DNA of 64,000 nucleotides from Verrucomicrobiota bacterium (GTDB lineage: Bacteria > Verrucomicrobiota > Verrucomicrobiia > Opitutales > Coraliomargaritaceae), in assembly GCA_039815375.1 (NCBI GenBank), contig JBCBZJ010000007.1:52233-116232 (forward strand), written 5' to 3'. Of the stretch, positions 62,404 through 64,000 are shown piece by piece; within the stretch, counting starts at the first letter, position 1; the number at the start of each line of letters is the position of its first letter. The notes beneath the pieces were generated by a model, which was not told the DNA's origin, ran no database searches, and saw only the letters and a list, made by a program, of their open reading frames with translations. A program made the position numbers and the translations under genes.

Positions 62404-63816
62404 ATGTCCCAAGAAGAACCTTTCGATATCGCCGTCATTGGATCTGGCCCCGGTGGCTATGTTGCCGCGATCCGCGCCGCTCAGCTCGGGTTCAAGACCG
62501 CCCTTGTTGAAAAAGACAGCACGCTTGGCGGTACCTGTCTCAATGTTGGCTGCATTCCGAGCAAGGCTCTCCTTCATTCGACTGAAATGTATCACTTCGC
62601 TGCGCATGGTGCGAACGAACATGGCATCGATTTGACCAATCTCTCGATAAACGTTGAGAAGCTGATGGAGAAAAAAGACAAGACCGTCACACAACTCACA
62701 GGTGGAATCGCCCAACTCATGAAGGGTAATAAAATCTCGGTTTTCAATGGACTCGGCATCCTGAAGGGAGAAGGCAAAATTGAAGTTCACGGCGGCAAGA
62801 ACGAAACCACACTGGTCGCCACACACATCATCATCGCAACAGGTTCCGCTTCTATCGAACTACCCTTTCTGCCCTTTGACGGCGAAACCGTTGTTAGTAG
62901 CACAGAAGCCATCGCCTTCGACAAAGTGCCTGAGAAGATGATTGTTGTCGGTGCCGGTGCTATAGGCCTTGAGCTCGGATCGGTCTGGTCGCGACTCGGC
63001 ACACAGGTTGATGTTGTCGAGTTCCTTCCTGTGATCGCTCCTACTTTCGACAAAGACGTTTCCAAGATGGCAGAACGTGTCTTCAAAAAGCAGGGAATGA
63101 ACTTTCACCTCAGCACCAAAGTTACCGGGCTTAAAAAGGAAGCTGGCAAAAACATCTTAACCGCAGAGAACAAAAAAGGTGAGAGTATCGAGTTCGAATG
63201 CGAGAAAGTTCTCGTTTCCGTTGGCCGTAAGCCCTTCACTGAAGGCCTGGGTCTTGAAGTTGTCGGAATTGAAGCTGACGATAAAGGTCGTATTCCTGTC
63301 GATGCACATTTCAGAACTTCTGCACCCGGCATCTATGCAATTGGTGATGTCATCCCCGGCCCAATGCTCGCGCATAAGGCCGAAGAGGAAGGTGTCGCCT
63401 GTGTGGAGCGTATCGCAGGCCAGGCTGGCCATGTAAACTATGATGTCATTCCAAACGTCATTTACACCGAGCCGGAGATATCGAGCGTCGGTATTACAGA
63501 GGCCATTGCAAAAGATAAGGGCCTCGAAGTAAAAACCGGAAAGTTTAACTTTGCAGCAAATGGCCGTGCCATTGCCTCAGATGGCACCGAAGGCTTCGCC
63601 AAAGTCATTGCAGATAAAACAACGGACCGTTTGATCGGTGTTCAAATCATCGGCAAAGGCAGCTCCGAAATGATCGCAGCGGCTGTCGCTCATATGGAAT
63701 ACGGCGGAAGCGCTGAGGACCTTGGCCGCACGATTCACGCACACCCGACGATGAGTGAAGCGGTTAAAGAAGCCGCACTTGCTGCCTACGAAGGCAAAGC
63801 TCTGCATAGCGTCTAG
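62404..63816 (+). CDS. lpdA: Dihydrolipoamide dehydrogenase E3
   Basis: [38 protein letters not shown]. Confidence 0.98.
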   Translation: MSQEEPFDIAVIGSGPGGYVAAIRAAQLGFKTALVEKDSTLGGTCLNVGCIPSKALLHSTEMYHFAAHGANEHGIDLTNLSINVEKLMEKKDKTVTQLTGGIAQLMKGNKISVFNGLGILKGEGKIEVHGGKNETTLVATHIIIATGSASIELPFLPFDGETVVSSTEAIAFDKVPEKMIVVGAGAIGLELGSVWSRLGTQVDVVEFLPVIAPTFDKDVSKMAERVFKKQGMNFHLSTKVTGLKKEAGKNILTAENKKGESIEFECEKVLVSVGRKPFTEGLGLEVVGIEADDKGRIPVDAHFRTSAPGIYAIGDVIPGPMLAHKAEEEGVACVERIAGQAGHVNYDVIPNVIYTEPEISSVGITEAIAKDKGLEVKTGKFNFAANGRAIASDGTEGFAKVIADKTTDRLIGVQIIGKGSSEMIAAAVAHMEYGGSAEDLGRTIHAHPTMSEAVKEAALAAYEGKALHSV

Positions 63817-63937
63817 ATTCAGCTGGTTATCAGTTTTCCTGGCCCTGTGATTACTGGGTTGTTGGTTCCATCCTTTGCGGTTTTTCGGCTTTGAAGCGGA
63901 GGGGTTTCCTCGACCTGAAAGGATACCCTTACATCTA

Positions 63938-63976
63938 AATGTAATATTTACGTCATTGTGATGTAAATATTGCATT
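63938..63976. promoter_or_regulatory. 18-bp inverted repeat containing two 15-bp (7-1-7) palindromes; candidate operator
   Basis: aatgtaatatttacgtca-ttg-tgatgtaaatattgcatt (16/18 complementary); each arm holds ATGTAA-N3-TT(A/G)C(A/G)T. Confidence 0.55.
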
Positions 63977-64000
63977 GATGCTGAAAGCTCAAAAAAATCA

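Overview
A mostly housekeeping 64-kb chromosomal segment of a bacterium of roughly 50% GC (judged by eye). The protein families present (long Verrucomicrobia/Chlamydia-type LepB, a prepilin cassette, MIF-like and YwlE-like proteins, lineage-typical hypotheticals) point to Verrucomicrobiota, probably Opitutales/Coraliomargarita-like. That placement is inference from family recognition, not from a search. Core content: gatCAB, engB, malQ, lepA-lepB, purD, cysH, uppS-cdsA-dxr-rseP, rluA, hpf, hrpA, rpe, tRNA-Val-ilvN-ilvC, hemC-cobA/hemD, ppiA, menH-like, purC, tRNA-Glu, ligA, an AspT-like transporter, five pseudopilin genes, trhO, a DEAD-box helicase, rph, yciH and sucA-sucB-lpdA. I found no integrase, transposase, phage gene, rRNA or CRISPR array, and no clearly complete new multi-gene system. 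The best leads lie outside the ORF track: (i) a frameshifted ParA/MinD-family remnant directly upstream of a hypothetical protein ending in a MinD-like membrane-targeting helix; (ii) a frameshifted FmdB-type zinc-ribbon pseudogene; (iii) a multi-stem RNA leader on a DMT transporter and two tandem multi-helix junctions before rpe; (iv) three short-period degenerate palindromes in operon spacers and a mini-element ending in a copy of the tRNA-Glu 3' end; (v) parallel loss of Cys metal sites in LigA, GatB and TrhO.
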